DNA from: Marsupella aquatica
Taxonomy: Eukaryota; Plantae; Marchantiophyta
Length of the DNA: 64,000 bases
Direction: 5' to 3'
Assembly (NCBI GenBank): GCA_973895155.1
Contig: OZ316899.1
Location: 12,527,934 to 12,591,933 of the forward strand
In this document: positions 22,101-34,168 of the stretch, piece after piece
Numbering within the stretch: position 1 is the first letter of the stretch
How the letters are laid out: the number at the start of each line of letters is the position of its first letter
The notes under the pieces: model-generated
Databases searched by the model: none
The model's input: only the letters and a program-made list of their open reading frames with translations
What the model was told of the DNA's origin: nothing
Program-made: the position numbers and the translations under genes

Positions 22101-22809
22101 CGAAAACAAACATCCAGCAAGCGAGATATAGCAGAAACCGGTTTGCCACCGGTTCAGTTCCAGTTCAGAAACCGGCTCAAGCCCTGGAAGTAGACAACTA
22201 TCAAAACAGGGGGCCTTAGCGCCAATCTCCACATCCCCAGCCTTCCTTCCAAGCGTAGGAGTAGGCTGCCACCTCACACGAGTCTGTCAAGGATCTCTTA
22301 TATCTTTCTCTCACAGAAACTAGAATGGTCCTATAATCCGGACCCAAGATCCTCAACCGGAAGGGAAGAGCCTCCTTTCTCTACTGCTTCGACAAGCCTA
22401 TTCACTCGGGAGCTCAAAACTTACTCTGTTCAGCTTTGAGAGGTGTGAGAAGAGCAAAACCAGTTCGTCCTTAAGAGGGATTCCGGCTCACTGTCAGGAG
22501 TCCAATGCTTATGGGTTTTCCCCATGACAAAGAGCGTAGCCTCGGCTTCAAGAACCTGGTGTTAGATTTTCTTGATAGCGTCCGGAGACGATTTTATGGC
22601 TTCCAGTTCGTGGTCCGGTTTCCTTCTCTTTACCAAGAAATACTTTCTTCCGATTGAGCCTCTTTTCCTTCTCTTAATCTCTTGAATGGTTGTTAGACTT
22701 TCAATAATGGTTTGCTTAGCATTTAAGGTTCTTCTTTCCCGCTTCAAAGGCAAAAAAAATTAAATTTTTCCACTTTCTTTATTCCTTTCTTCTTAACCAT
22801 GTTATCACA
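19191..22809 (-). repeat. 5' LTR of element C (3619 bp)
   Basis: TGTAGAG...TTATCACA on the + strand, adjacent to the PBS. A-family LTR sequence resumes abruptly at 22810. The partner LTR is outside the window. Confidence 0.8.
20290..22149 (-). CDS. LTR-C-encoded protein (619 aa; likely ATG at 21966, 558 aa), distant homologue of the A and B LTR proteins
   Basis: Intact ORF inside the LTR: GCASLMDLTW...MVREVL...WTKAFVGEAFQLP...KEGWTINQCTHKDLRNVMAFL...PRRV, then KKRK and a coiled coil. Confidence 0.78.
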   Translation of the reverse strand: MANRFLLYLACWMFVFAESVLRWRRLADIRDGVIIEAIFTSSSYLLPSPVQICLLLQLPGSMKSAKSSPSSKTQSGTPVKPEVRCSKRKEAQITMKPLRPLIPTDAAEKEQLRKDLTLMGCASLMDLTWGFLSEDMVREVLAGVPPTEFQKTARARPEAWTKAFVGEAFQLPVKGSGFCPRGENLTVEYFGGKMDAKEGWTINQCTHKDLRNVMAFLVPLIYPEKPRRVILKVGSTIIASFFKTREVSWATIFSSVLEKQVSALSNRAPTALSCYLVHLYSHDQTLFKHEKSAFGTKSSYVKYGVLDPEIQSLPESEDDPEPEEINFVGPTKKRKLDKTEPASEPVFDPVSYPMSGATTSSAGLSHSTLHHFSCLFKDLSTIKTKMGIMEPVLSRLSQVTSVAPADLVKKVEDLMKGDENKFKIEQLEKSLEEEKKKKNYHLEQLLHKAKEKTTAEQLLFDNISRAMDHLEPLVETKGEDLVQTQLFRQYFIDVPNPLLMPLVIQIAHDYGDKVEECLSALKLILAELKKFYDLSDEEQTQFAEKVTVPSPQVTPAEGWADSPDPDITSTTVTPNFPPIPTSPFTITFGGITFMPNPLNSIDPAVDSTSVKPDTSTLEE

Positions 22810-22880
22810 TTGGTTCCGGTAAAGGGGTCTTCCCTTCTGAGTCGGCTTAGGTCGACTTCTGGGGCAGCGTCCTGTATCGG

Positions 22881-22911
<31 letters not shown>

Positions 22912-24634
22912 ACCGTTCTCTTTTCCTTCTCCAGCAATTTCAGCAGATTTTGCATGCCTGGTTGCTGCATCGGCAAGTCTTCTTTCCTTGGCCTAAACAC
23001 CTGCTTGATCGTTGGACTGTCGGGCTGGTTGGGCTTCTCTGGTGCCGGCCTCTGCTTCGGGACCTCCTCCGGTGCCCTTGCCGATAGGGGAAGTACTGGG
23101 GCAAAGATTTGACTTCTGGCATACCGGCACAACAGCGGCATGTGATAGCCAAGCCGGGACACCCTTCCCACGTCGATCACTTGCTGTTCCTCCTTCAAGA
23201 TCTTCTTCAGTTGGTTGAGGAGGTACCCGTTGTAATCCCGGCTTGGGTCTGGCCTTTCTGTCAGGTAGACCTGAGCCTTGCCGATCTCTGCCCTCGGCAA
23301 GTTACAGTGCATGGTCACTCGCATTAAATTGATCATCTCTCCATGTGCGGGTTGGTGCAGGTGTTCCGGAAGAAGCCATTCTTCGTTGATGGTCCTGGGA
23401 ACGACCAAAACTCATTGTTAGGTAAGGTCTTCCTGGTATCAACCTTGGTCTTATTACCCATCGGCAAGCCAAACACCTCAGCAATCACCCGGGGAGTGAG
23501 ATAGAAATCCTTCCCATACACCCTCGTGGAATTGGTCTTGGGTTCCCATGATCCCACAAATTCTAATAAGTCTGAGTCCGGCACCTCCGGCTTCAGCCAT
23601 GGTAATCTTACAAAGGCTTCCAAGCCGGATCCGGCCATGAAGCCTTGGTACTTCTTGGTCTGCATGGCCATAAAGCATGCATCCTCCTCCCGTGCAAAGT
23701 GTAATTGCACTTCCTCCGGTAGGGTCGCCGCCCAGCCTTTCCAGGTGTCATCATTTGTTGGAATGACATTGATGGGATCGACCTCTTCCTCATCGGCTTC
23801 TCCCCTTGTCCTGCTCTACTGCTTTGCTAGCTTCCTAGGTGCCGCCGACCTCGTTCTTTTTGCCGGTGTGGCCTCTTTGTTGTTGTTTCCTTTCCTCTTC
23901 ATCTCGGCTGCCGTGGATGTTTCTCCTAGAAAGGTTGCCTTTGTCCACCCCTCTGTGTTACCCTTCAACTCCCAGTGTAGGTCGTTGCAGCGATTTATGG
24001 CGTCCTGGATGCCGACGATTCTGTTTTCGCAAAACAGAAGGTCATCGAGCTGATTGGCAGTAGGAGTCCACAAGAACTCGGCCTTGATAAGTTCTCCTCC
24101 TAAGAAATCTGTCTTCTGCAGTTCCCAGAGCCGAGCGAGCTCCTGCCGTTCTTGAGCTGCTCTCTCCGATTCTTCATCCTTGTAAGTCCTGACGTACTCA
24201 CCTGCCCGTTCGAACAGTCATCCCCAAAAATGTGCCGCTTGATTGACGTTGCTCATACCCTCCTTGAGTCGATCGTTGGTATTTGTTCCCACCCCGAGTG
24301 CTTGTCTAAGCAGCTGACAGCATTTGGCCTCCCGTAGTTGTCTGCCCAGTTCGTTCTTGCAAATGAGCCACTATTCCTCGCGAGCGATCCTTACCCCTCT
24401 CCTCCTCTGGTCTCCCCTCCCGTTGGTCACCCCTAGCCGCCGAAGCTTACCGCGCCCTAACCCTAATTGTATTCTCTTCCCCGACGTCCTTACTTCCGGC
24501 CTCGGCCCGGGTTCCATAATCACCCTTAATTGTTTATATTTTCCTTGTTTTTGGTCCTATACTAAGGTGTTTCCGGGGTACACTCCTGCTTTACCATGTA
24601 AACCGGGCTTAGTGATTCCTGGCTAGGCATCACA
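22810..24634 (-). mobile_element. A-family LTR (subfamily b), 5' portion with decayed LTR gene; target of element C
   Basis: Homologous to 3940-5749 and ends GGCATCACA. Contains stops and frameshifts. Confidence 0.9.
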
Positions 24635-25020
24635 AACACTTTGGCAATCACCTGGGGAGTGAGATAGAAATCCTTCCCATACACCCTTGTGGAATTTGTC
24701 TCGAGATTCCATGATCCCACAAATTCTAATAAGTTAGAATCCGGCACCTCCGGCTTCAGCCACGATAATTTCACAAAGGCTTCCAAGCCGGATCCGACCA
24801 TGAAGCCCTGGTACTTCCAAGTCTGCATAGCCGTAAAGCATGCATCCTCCTCTCATGCAAAGTGTAATTGCATTTTCTTGCGGAGGGTCGTCGCCCAGCC
24901 TCTCCAGGTGTCATCCCTTGTTGGAACGACATTGATGGGGTAGACCTCCTCTTCTTTGGCTTCTCCTTGCCTCTTGCTTCCTTGGTGCCGCCGACCTCGT
25001 TCTCTTTGCAGGGGTGGCCT
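24635..25020 (-). mobile_element. Older A-family LTR fragment, the target of the 22810-24634 copy
   Basis: Homologous to about 4589-4990 (KYQGFMVGSGLEAFVKL...). Starts at AACAC directly after the CA terminus. Confidence 0.85.
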
Positions 25021-28000
25021 GGAGGGTGGGAAGAGAGAACTATGTGGACCCGCGTATTTGATTTACTAATGGAAGTCGGAGACTGAAACAAACTCTTAAG
25101 GAGATTCAAGCCAAGCCAAGGACGACGGAGGTGGAGATGGCTTTTCAGAGAGCTCAATTGAGGACACTTAAGATGGCCATTCTAGAAAATCATTTGGAGG
25201 AGGACATTGTTGATTTCATGGATGTTGAGGACACATTGCATGCTGTGGAACTGGAGGAAGCTCACAGAGGACGCAGGCTAGCCAGAGTTAAGTGGTTGGG
25301 GGAAGGAGATGAATCCACTAAATTTTTCTTTGCCACAGTGAAAGCCAAGAGATCCAGGGAGGCTATGTCTTCTTTGAGCAGGGTGGATGGGAGCACGATC
25401 TCTCACCCCGGAATGATTTTGAAGGAGGTTGAAGAGTTTTGTGAAACACTATACTCACCTGAGCCTTTTTCCGAAGCGGAGGCTAAAGAGAGACGTCTGG
25501 CTCGCTATAGACTGCTCAACAACACAAGGTTTGCCCTTTCAAGAGAGGACATTTTAAAGATGGAGAAGCTCCCGACATACCAAGAGGTGAAGGATGTGTT
25601 GTGGCTCTTGCCAAGTGATAAAACACCGGGGCCTGATGGTATGACAGCTGAGGTTTATAGAGCATGCTGGGGTTTTATTGGTCAGGATTTAGTGGATATG
25701 ATACAAGAATTTTGGCTTACAGGTGCCCTCGATGCTGGTATTTGTGAAGGGATTGTTAAATTCATACCCAAGAAACCGGGCAAGCGCTTCTTACGTGACT
25801 GGCGCCCATTGACAATGCTAAATACGATATACAAGCTAATAGCCAATATCCTTGCCTTGCGATTAAAACCTATCCTACACTTGATAATCAGTCCGCAACA
25901 AACTGGATTTATCCCTGGACGCCACATATTAGAAAACATTTCCCTTGCTTGGCTTGCCTGTGATTGGGTTCACAAAAGGAGACGAGAGGCATTGTTTCTG
26001 AAACTAGACTTTGAGAAGGCTTTTGACCGTGTTTTGCATGAATATATATGGGAATGTATGCAGCTGCTAGGGATAAGCGGAAGTTTCATCACTCTGGTAA
26101 GAGCGTTGTTGGCTCGGGCATCCTCACGTGCCTTGGTGAATGGCTTACTAACAAACACGTTTGAGCTCAAGCGTGGGGTAAGACAGGGCTGCCCTTTATC
26201 ACCATTGCTGTTTGTGATTTCCACGCAGCCACTCATGGATTTTCTTGATGCAGAGCTGGCAGCGGGTAGACTGTGTGGCTTGCAGATCTCGCTTGATCTC
26301 ACTATTTGTTACAGACTATTTGCGGATGATGTGGGGATGTTTATCCCTACATCTGAGAATGCTTTTGAAGAAGCAACAACTGCTCTTGACTGTTACGAGA
26401 AGGCTAGCGGTGCTCAACTGAATTTGAAAAAATCAGTTGTGATCCCATTGGCAATGGAGGAGGTCCCGGCTTGGCTGAATAACACGGGTTGTCATATCAG
26501 TCAAAGGGGAGAGATGCAGAAATATCTTGGTGCACCATTTGGTGTGGGCTTGAGCACGGAACAACTGCACAAATTCTGCCTTGACAAAATCTGTGCCAGG
26601 CTTGCTGTTTGGTCCAACAAGCTGCTTTCCTTTACTGGTCGATCATTACTAGTTAAACAGGTACTGCTTGCTATTCCGATCTACCATGTAATGTATTGCA
26701 AGGCGTCTGCTGGTCTAGCCAAGAAGATTATTGCTCTCAGTAGGGATTTTCTATGGGGATACAATGACTAAGGAGGGAAGAAGGTTCCGTTGGTGGCTTG
26801 GGACAGGATGGCACTGCCACGGGTGGAGGGGGGACTGGGATTTTGGGATTTCTGCAGTCACTCTGATGCCCTACTCTTGCAATGGTTCACTAAAGCACTG
26901 AACTCGCCTGAACTGGAATGGTCCAAGATGTTGGCGGCCAATCTGGGACTGTTGGGGTGGATGAACTACAAGGTTATTAGGAGAAATGGTTACTCCTTCC
27001 AAGACCAGTTGCTTTTATGTACACCTCGTACTTTTAGTGGGCTCCCCTACACTACGGGTCTCTGGCAATGCTAGGAGCTTGTGAGACCTCATCTATCCTT
27101 TGAGCCTGGTCGGGGGGGGGGCGCCTGCCCGGTGAAGCATCACCGACACACTCAGATGCATGGTGGGCTTTCATTCTCTTCCTAATTCGGCCATTATGGA
27201 CATTGCAACGATCTGTGGCCGGCTGGGAATGAGATCGATTGGTGATGGTTGGTCGGCAGAGGAAGGATGTTGGAAGGACCTCCCACTTAGATGGAGCAAT
27301 ATGCGTGGCTTCTCTACGGAGCATCAATTGCTTGCACGGAAGTTCTTGGAAAGCATATGGAGCGCTTCACACTGCCGGTCAGAGTACTTCCTGTATGCCA
27401 AACAGTGGAGGTGGACAGATAGACCTGAACCATTGAAGGATTTGAGAATTGAGAATTGCAGAGTGTATGACTTCCTGCGGCCCAAGACCTCAAATCACGA
27501 ACGCCTGAATAGGATCTGGTCTCTTACCCGAGAGGAGAGAGGTTGGAATGAGAGCTGGTACAGACTGTGGAGATCGGATTTACCAACCAGAGGCAAGACC
27601 GTTATTTGGAGGATCATTGTGGGGGGCTTGTTCACTGGGGCCCGTGCGCTTCGATTAGAGGTGAGCAACGGTGACTGCAAGTTGTGCAACGGACGGCTGG
27701 AAACCATCCCTCACCTTTTTTTCCATTGTGCACATGCTGTCTACTGCTGGCGTATCTGTTTGACCTCATTGAGTGCGCTGGATATGCCAATTGGACAAGG
27801 GTTGATGGCCCTTTTAGATGCTGCCTATGGGAGGGAGCCTGTGGGAGTGGCGCAGCTTTTTGTCTTGCACCAGATTCTCTGGAGGCTCTGGATTGGGAGA
27901 AACACTCACATGTTTCAGAAGGGGGGGAGACGGGTGTTTGACTTGGGACTTGTCCTGTCGGAGGCAGTGGAGAACTTATTTGCTGCTGGTCGGCGTTGCC

Positions 28001-28377
28001 CCCCAAGGAGGAAGTGCACGCGCCTGCTACGGGCCAAATCATGTATTGATGGGCTTCGCAGGAGCTGGCTTGGCGGTGGGGGGACCAGTTTCACTTCCGC
28101 TGGTTGACTCTGATTTTGCTGTGAGGTTGGAACGTTGAGACCGTTGAATGTATATGGTTCTGGGGGCATGGATGCCCTCTAGATGGTTATTAGGTTGTGT
28201 GGTCGTCCTCTTTTGCTGTTAGGTGTCGTCGAGGAGATTAATTCCCTGCTTGATGTGGGTTTGAGGTAGTTTTTTGTGGTTTGGTCCTCTGTTTTGTCTG
28301 GGCTGTCTCCCGGGAATATGTTCTGTTTGTGCACCCTCCCCGTGGGGCTTTTCGCGGGGGGACTGAAGTATATAAAA
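25021..28377 (+). mobile_element. 5'-truncated L1-clade LINE
   Basis: ORF2 with RT and zf-RVT, followed by a T/G-rich 3' UTR ending TATATAAAA. Boundaries are approximate and no TSD was found. Confidence 0.85.
25131..28107 (+). pseudogene. LINE ORF2 (RT and zf-RVT; endonuclease missing)
   Basis: KTPGPDG, WRPLTMLN, QTGFIPGR, KLDFEKAFD, GVRQGCPLSP, LFADD, KYLGAP and CKLC...ETIPHLFFHC. Stops at 26771 and 27074 plus a frameshift. Confidence 0.93.
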
Positions 28378-29316
28378 TGGCTACAATTCCAAGGAAGAGC
28401 TGGTCGGGTCAAGGAGAAAAGGGGAAAAGGCTCAAGGTTGACCGTCCGGACCCCCGAACGGACTTTGAGTTCTGAGGGCTTGAATGTAAGCTCCTCTTGG
28501 GCCCAAGGCTAATGGAGTTGACTCCATGGGCAACGGACGTTTGGGGCGTGAGTTATGGCCCGATCCGGGTTTGGCCGATCGGGAACCCCAAACAATGATG
28601 AGACCTGAGGGCCTAGGCATGAGCACTGGGTTGGCCCAATCACAACGGGCTAAGGCAATCTTCTTGCAGACGCCTAACGAGAAAGTTATGGGCGTTGTCA
28701 GTTAATGGCGTGCCTAGTATGCGCGATAGAATCCGGGTTGGAGGCCAAATGTTTAGGGACCAAAGTTGATCAGGGGGTGGCAGGTCTCCAGAAGCATATA
28801 TGAGGGAGTGGTGTCTCCATAGGGGCCAAGGGCAAGCCGAAGTCGTGAGCCGCGGCGGTCGCGACACTAAGGGAAAGCGCCAAACAGAAACGGCGATATC
28901 TTCCCAACGGGAAGTGCGTTGGAAAACTCTCAAGGAGGGCTACGTCCTCCTCATCAGGAAATTGGGGTGATGAATGTTCATCAAATAATCATCAATGAAA
29001 TTGACTGTGCGGGGTACGATATTGACCAAGTAATGTGTCATTGCTTATTACATGCTGACATGTCATTGTTGAATTTACAATGATTATTCATTGATTCCAT
29101 GCTTTGTATTTTTTTCAAATTGATTCATCAATTATCCATTGTATGATCAAGATTGATTCAATTTAATTCAAAAATAATAAACAATGAATTTGCATTGATT
29201 CATCATTGGTCTAGCATGTTGAAATTCAATATATCAATGCCACATTAGTGTGTAATCACCGTGTTTTCATTGTGTAAAAGCCATATTTTCATGGAAGGAT
29301 CATTCATGTTTCATTG

Positions 29317-30306
29317 GAGATATATGCTTGATGGGCCCCCTGGTGAACCTTTCTTACCTGATGGGCCCCTAGGGAATTTTTTTTACCAAGTAGGACCCTT
29401 CTTAATGACTAGTACACCTGTTCTTGTGTGGTGCCTACACCTGTCCTTGTGTGGTGCCTACTATGTATGGTGACTCCAAGCAAACTGCAAGTTGAACTGT
29501 GCAGTCAACCTTGCATGGTCGACCAAGAAACCATGGAGATGATTCGGGAGAAACCGCGAAAAGCGACTGCCGCTGTCAAAACTATGATTTGAAGACAATA
29601 TGCATTATGTCTTTGGATTCAATGGGTTAATGCCTGAAGACTCAATGGATTATGTCTTCCCGTGTTTCAAGGTTTAGGGTGTACCCGACACCTTTGGGTC
29701 TGTCTTCTTTGGAAATTGTTTGTATGCATTACATAGGGGAGTATTACCATTTTTTGAGCGCATTTGTCAATCATTTGCCAATTTTTGTTGTGGCGGCAGT
29801 AGGCAAATTCCGAACATTGAACTTGAATATTCTTTGTGGACATTTGGAGGTACCCCACACTGACGCTGACAGTTGTGCATGAAAACATCGTGAAAAACCC
29901 ATGTGCACAACGTGAAAAACATACCTAATAACTACCCCACGATACGGTAAAAATTTGAACCCAAAGACATAATCCATTGTGTCTTCAGGCATTAACCCAA
30001 TGAATCCGAAGACATAATGCATATTGTCTTCAAATCGCAGATTCGGCAGCGGTAGTCGCTTTTCGCGGTTTCTCCCAAATCATCTCCGTGGTTTCTCGGT
30101 CAACCATGCAAGGTTGACCACACGGTTCAACTGTGCAGTTTGCTTGGAGTCACCATACATAGTAGGCACCACACAAGGACAGGTGTAGGCACCACACAAG
30201 AACATGTGTACTGGTCATTAAGAGGGGTCCTACTTGGTAAAAAAAGTTCCCTAGGGGCCCATTAGGTAAGAAAGGTTCACCAGGGGGCCCATCAAGCATA
30301 TATCTC
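29317..30306. mobile_element. Non-autonomous Mutator-like (foldback) element with TIRs of about 340 bp
   Basis: 29317-29658 is the reverse complement of about 29963-30306 (GAGATATATGC...GCATATATCTC). Imperfect TSD of about 10 bp: TGTTTCATTG / TGTTTCAATTG. Confidence 0.85.
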
Positions 30307-31165
30307 TGTTTCAATTGCTTATTCATTATCACTTCATTGACAAATCATTGTCCTTTCATCATGAACCATTATCATTAGTCCATTGTCATTCAGTCAATAT
30401 TGATTCAATACCATTCCATTGATCCATCATCATGATTTCCATAATATTGTATCATGAGTTCATCATTATTTCATCATCTGTTAAATTGTCATTTCAGTGC
30501 CATTTCATTGTGACATTGGTCATCATTTGGTCCTCGTTAAACAACTGTGTTTTGTAGTTGGTTTGTTGTTAGTTCAACATAGTTTTCAAAATATCACCAG
30601 TGTGATTTATTTGTCATTTTTTCATTACAGATTCCTTTTCAGTTCCTCGTTGAATCTATGTCAATTTAATGTCATTTCATTAGCATTTCAATATGATTTT
30701 CTCATTATCATTTCCTTATATTTGCATTGTCATTTATTGGTGAGAAGTTGTCATTCCATTGTTATTTCATCAATCTCCCTTAAGCTCATCAATGTTGTTG
30801 ACTGAGACAATGATTTGTTGTTGATGAATCACAAGTATCATTGAATAGATAATTTATTTGGGGTATCCCAATTTTTCCAATTTGAATACACTTTGGCAAC
30901 CTATTTCAAAAGCTTTCACTTTAAATGTTTCCAATGAACTTTTGATCAAGATGCAAAAGAAATTTGAGCTCTGTAGTCAAATATTCGTCTCCATATTAAA
31001 GGTCGACTAGAGCTAGAGTTATCAAAGTTTTAACAAATATGTGACCGCTGGATTCCAATCATAATGATAGTTTGTCCTAGAGAATCATAAGAGAACTTTT
31101 CTAATTTAAGATTAACTTGGGCTAGTCCAGAGCTCTAAATCTTGAGAGAAGACTTGTTTTTCTGG

Positions 31166-32270
31166 TGCTTGCCGACCTATCCTGCCACTCTCTTCATACA
31201 TGTGAACCAGCGCAGAGCCCACACACAAATCCAACTCCAGTCCGGCATTTCTAGCATGGCCATGAACCTCCTTCACCCACTCCAAAGCCTTTGTACTTGC
31301 AGATGCATTCAGAATACTTGCATGGTAAATGCATCTGGTTCAAAGCCTTCCGGTCTCATTTGGAGAAACAATCAATATGCTTGGTGCCCACATCCATGTT
31401 GTGCAAGTCCTCCTATCATTACATTCCATGTGATTACGTCGCATTTCTCCATTCTGTCAAAAACCAGTCGGGCGTCACCTATCCTGCCACTCTCTGCATA
31501 CATGTGAACCAGCGCAGAGCCCACATGCAAATCTGACTCCAGTCCCGCTTTCCTAGCGTGGCCATGAACGTCCTTCACCCATGCCAAACCCCCATCACAT
31601 GCGGATGCACTTAGCATGCTCGTAAAGGTTATTGCATTTGGTTTGAAGCCATCCCGTCTCATTTGCAGGAATAGTCGATATGCTTCCACACCATCACCAC
31701 GTTCTGCACATGCTCCAATCATAACATTCCATGTAATGACATTTTGATTAGTAACTTTTCAAAAGCTTTCCTTGCCTTGGTGATGCACCCACATTTAGCG
31801 TACATCAGTATGAGAGTAGTCCCTACACGCAAGTCTGATTCAAAGCCGGCATGTCGAATACCCTGATGAATTTATTTTCCCCAATTGGGAGCTAATGGGC
31901 TTGAACATGCATTCAGGATGCTTAGATACATGATCTCATTCAGCTTCATGCCTTCTTGGCGCATTAGATTGAAAATTTTGAGTGCAGATTCAGCATGATA
32001 ACTCCTAGCGTATCCCGCCATCATGTTGGTCCAAGTAATAACACTCTTCTTATCAATTTGATCAAAAACTCTGCGTGCATCCGATAAACCTCCGCATTTG
32101 ATATACACATTCAAAAGCGTGATTGCCACAAATGGATTTTCGTGAATTCCACTCTCGATGATGCAATCATGAATTTACTTGGCTCCTGAAAGGTCTTTCT
32201 ATTGCAAGCACATTTGCAGAACTTTAACATATGTGTACAAGTCTATAGCAATGCCTCACTGTAGACGATC
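31166..32270 (-). pseudogene. PLS-class pentatricopeptide repeat gene remnant
   Basis: Repeated motifs VITWNVMIG, ALVHMYAESGRIGDARLVFDRM and KPNAITFTSML, with many stops and frameshifts. No E/DYW domain visible. Confidence 0.88.
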
Positions 32271-33148
32271 TTTCAATGTAGCAATTGTTTAACCCGTGGT
32301 ACCAGGATGCATATGCCTACTGCCAATCCCTTTCGCAGTGACTTGAGACCGATCTCTCGTGCAATAAACAACATTAGATGGAAATCTGCAATGAGTAACC
32401 AAATTCGCCCTTGCCTTAACCCACGTTGGGGTTGACAATCCATCCACCCAAAGTGCTAGTCTTGTCAACTTCTGATTGAACTCAGTGCTCTGGGCTTCCT
32501 CTGTCGGCACCACAACCCCCGATCAGATTTGCTACCAGGATAAAATCCAGGAGATTCCACAAGGTGCAATGAATTTGTAGTTATTTCTTGACGACTATGT
32601 TTCCAATGATCTTTCTACAGTGAGTGTTCATAAATGGATAGCAGACCGGTAAGCCTCTCAAGTTCTAGGGTGCATGCCTACCTCCGTCCAAAGATGTATT
32701 TTCTTGTCTCCCTTGCTTTGCTGTGATCTTTGGTATAGATAACTTGCAAAAGTTAAATGACTCCTTTCCAATTGAGAGTAACGGCTATCTGTCAAGAATG
32801 CAATGATCTTAGAATAGAATATTGAAATAATTGTGAAAGGCATATCTAGGTATCAAGAAGCTCGTTCCTTCTCCCGTATTTCACTGTACCCACAGAAAGG
32901 ACAGAGTCAAGAGCCTATCAAATTGGTACTAAAATACTTCAGCCAGAAGTCACATGTTATCCTTGGGTTGTGTAAAGGACAGACTTTTAGGGCATCTTGA
33001 TAGGCGTTCATTTGTAAGTTGCCTACACTGTCCTTTCTACGCTATACACAAACCAAAATCTAAGGTTTCTGAAAAGAGACTACTTAGAAATAAATCCTAG
33101 CCATCATCTGTAGAATCCATCGTGACTAGACACAGATGACATGAACGT

Positions 33149-33993
33149 TGTCGCGAGGACTTAAAGTTAGGGGCTCCTCGGGCAAATTGCGCGTTTCTGG
33201 CTGTGATTGGGATAGGCGACAAGCACTTTTTGGAGCGAACTCTCACTCCTTTATTTTTTTTACTTTTCTCACAAAGGTTACAATGGGTGCCCTCAAGTAA
33301 GCTTGCCCGCAAGAGTATAGTAGCTGGCCCTACGGCGGGCCGCTACCTCTAACTTGTCGAGTTGAACTCCTTGAGTGACTATCTACTCAAAATCTGACGG
33401 AAAAACTCTCCTCAGCTCACAAAACCAAAATTTGACTAGCTACTCCACTAGTCTAAAATAGCTCTCACGGAACTTGGGCCTGGACCAATGAGGCTCCAAA
33501 CTTGAGAAATCCCCGCCTGGATCAACGAGGCTCCAAACTTGAGAAATCCCCGCTTGGATCGATGAGGCTCCAAACTTGAGAAATCCCCGCTTGGATTGAA
33601 AACTCCACACCTGGATCCAACACTCACATAGAACTCCAAAACCGCCGCACAACAGTCGAGTTCCGCAGAACGGAGCGGAACTCATAGAACGAAACTCAAC
33701 AGATCTCAATAGACAACCGCCAACCTCAATGAGCCGAGGCCCAAGTCTTAAGTAGCATCGGAAACCCAACCATCCAGCCTGAGCCAGCTGCCATCAGCGA
33801 GGCTCATCTAAACTCCAAGCCTGGTGACTCACCCAAATACCAAACCTGGTGACGACGAGTCACCCAATCACCAAACCTCAATCCATCCAACCAAGCAGCC
33901 CCTCCGAGTCAGCATGCACGCAACCCAACCGGGAGGCCTCGCCCATCATCCCCTATAAAAGCCATTCCTGAGCCAAAATCTTTTGGCACGACA
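33149..33993 (-). repeat. 3' LTR of D (845 bp) with three tandem units of about 37 bp at about 33480-33596
   Basis: Direct repeat of 39164-40011. Unit is GGCTCCAAACTTGAGAAATCCCCGC(C)TGGAT... Confidence 0.92.
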
Positions 33994-34168
33994 TCCTCCC
34001 CCAGTAAACCTGAGCAGCCTCCGGTCTGCTCCAATCCATCAGATTTCCTCTAAGTCTGAGTCCAAACTTGAGCCATGCGCCTGGACCACTTCCTCCTCAA
34101 GAAACTCAAACCCAAAGCCTTCAGACTCGGTCTTAGGCACTCCACTTTCCATAAACTTGAAGTCCAAC

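Noticed and set aside
28378-28955. Possible LTR fragment after the LINE, ending CCTCCTCATCA
   Set aside because: No partner repeat, TSD, PBS or PPT was found.
33480-33600. Repeats of about 37 bp as a CRISPR array
   Set aside because: These are head-to-tail tandem units with no unique spacers, inside a eukaryotic LTR, and no cas genes are present.
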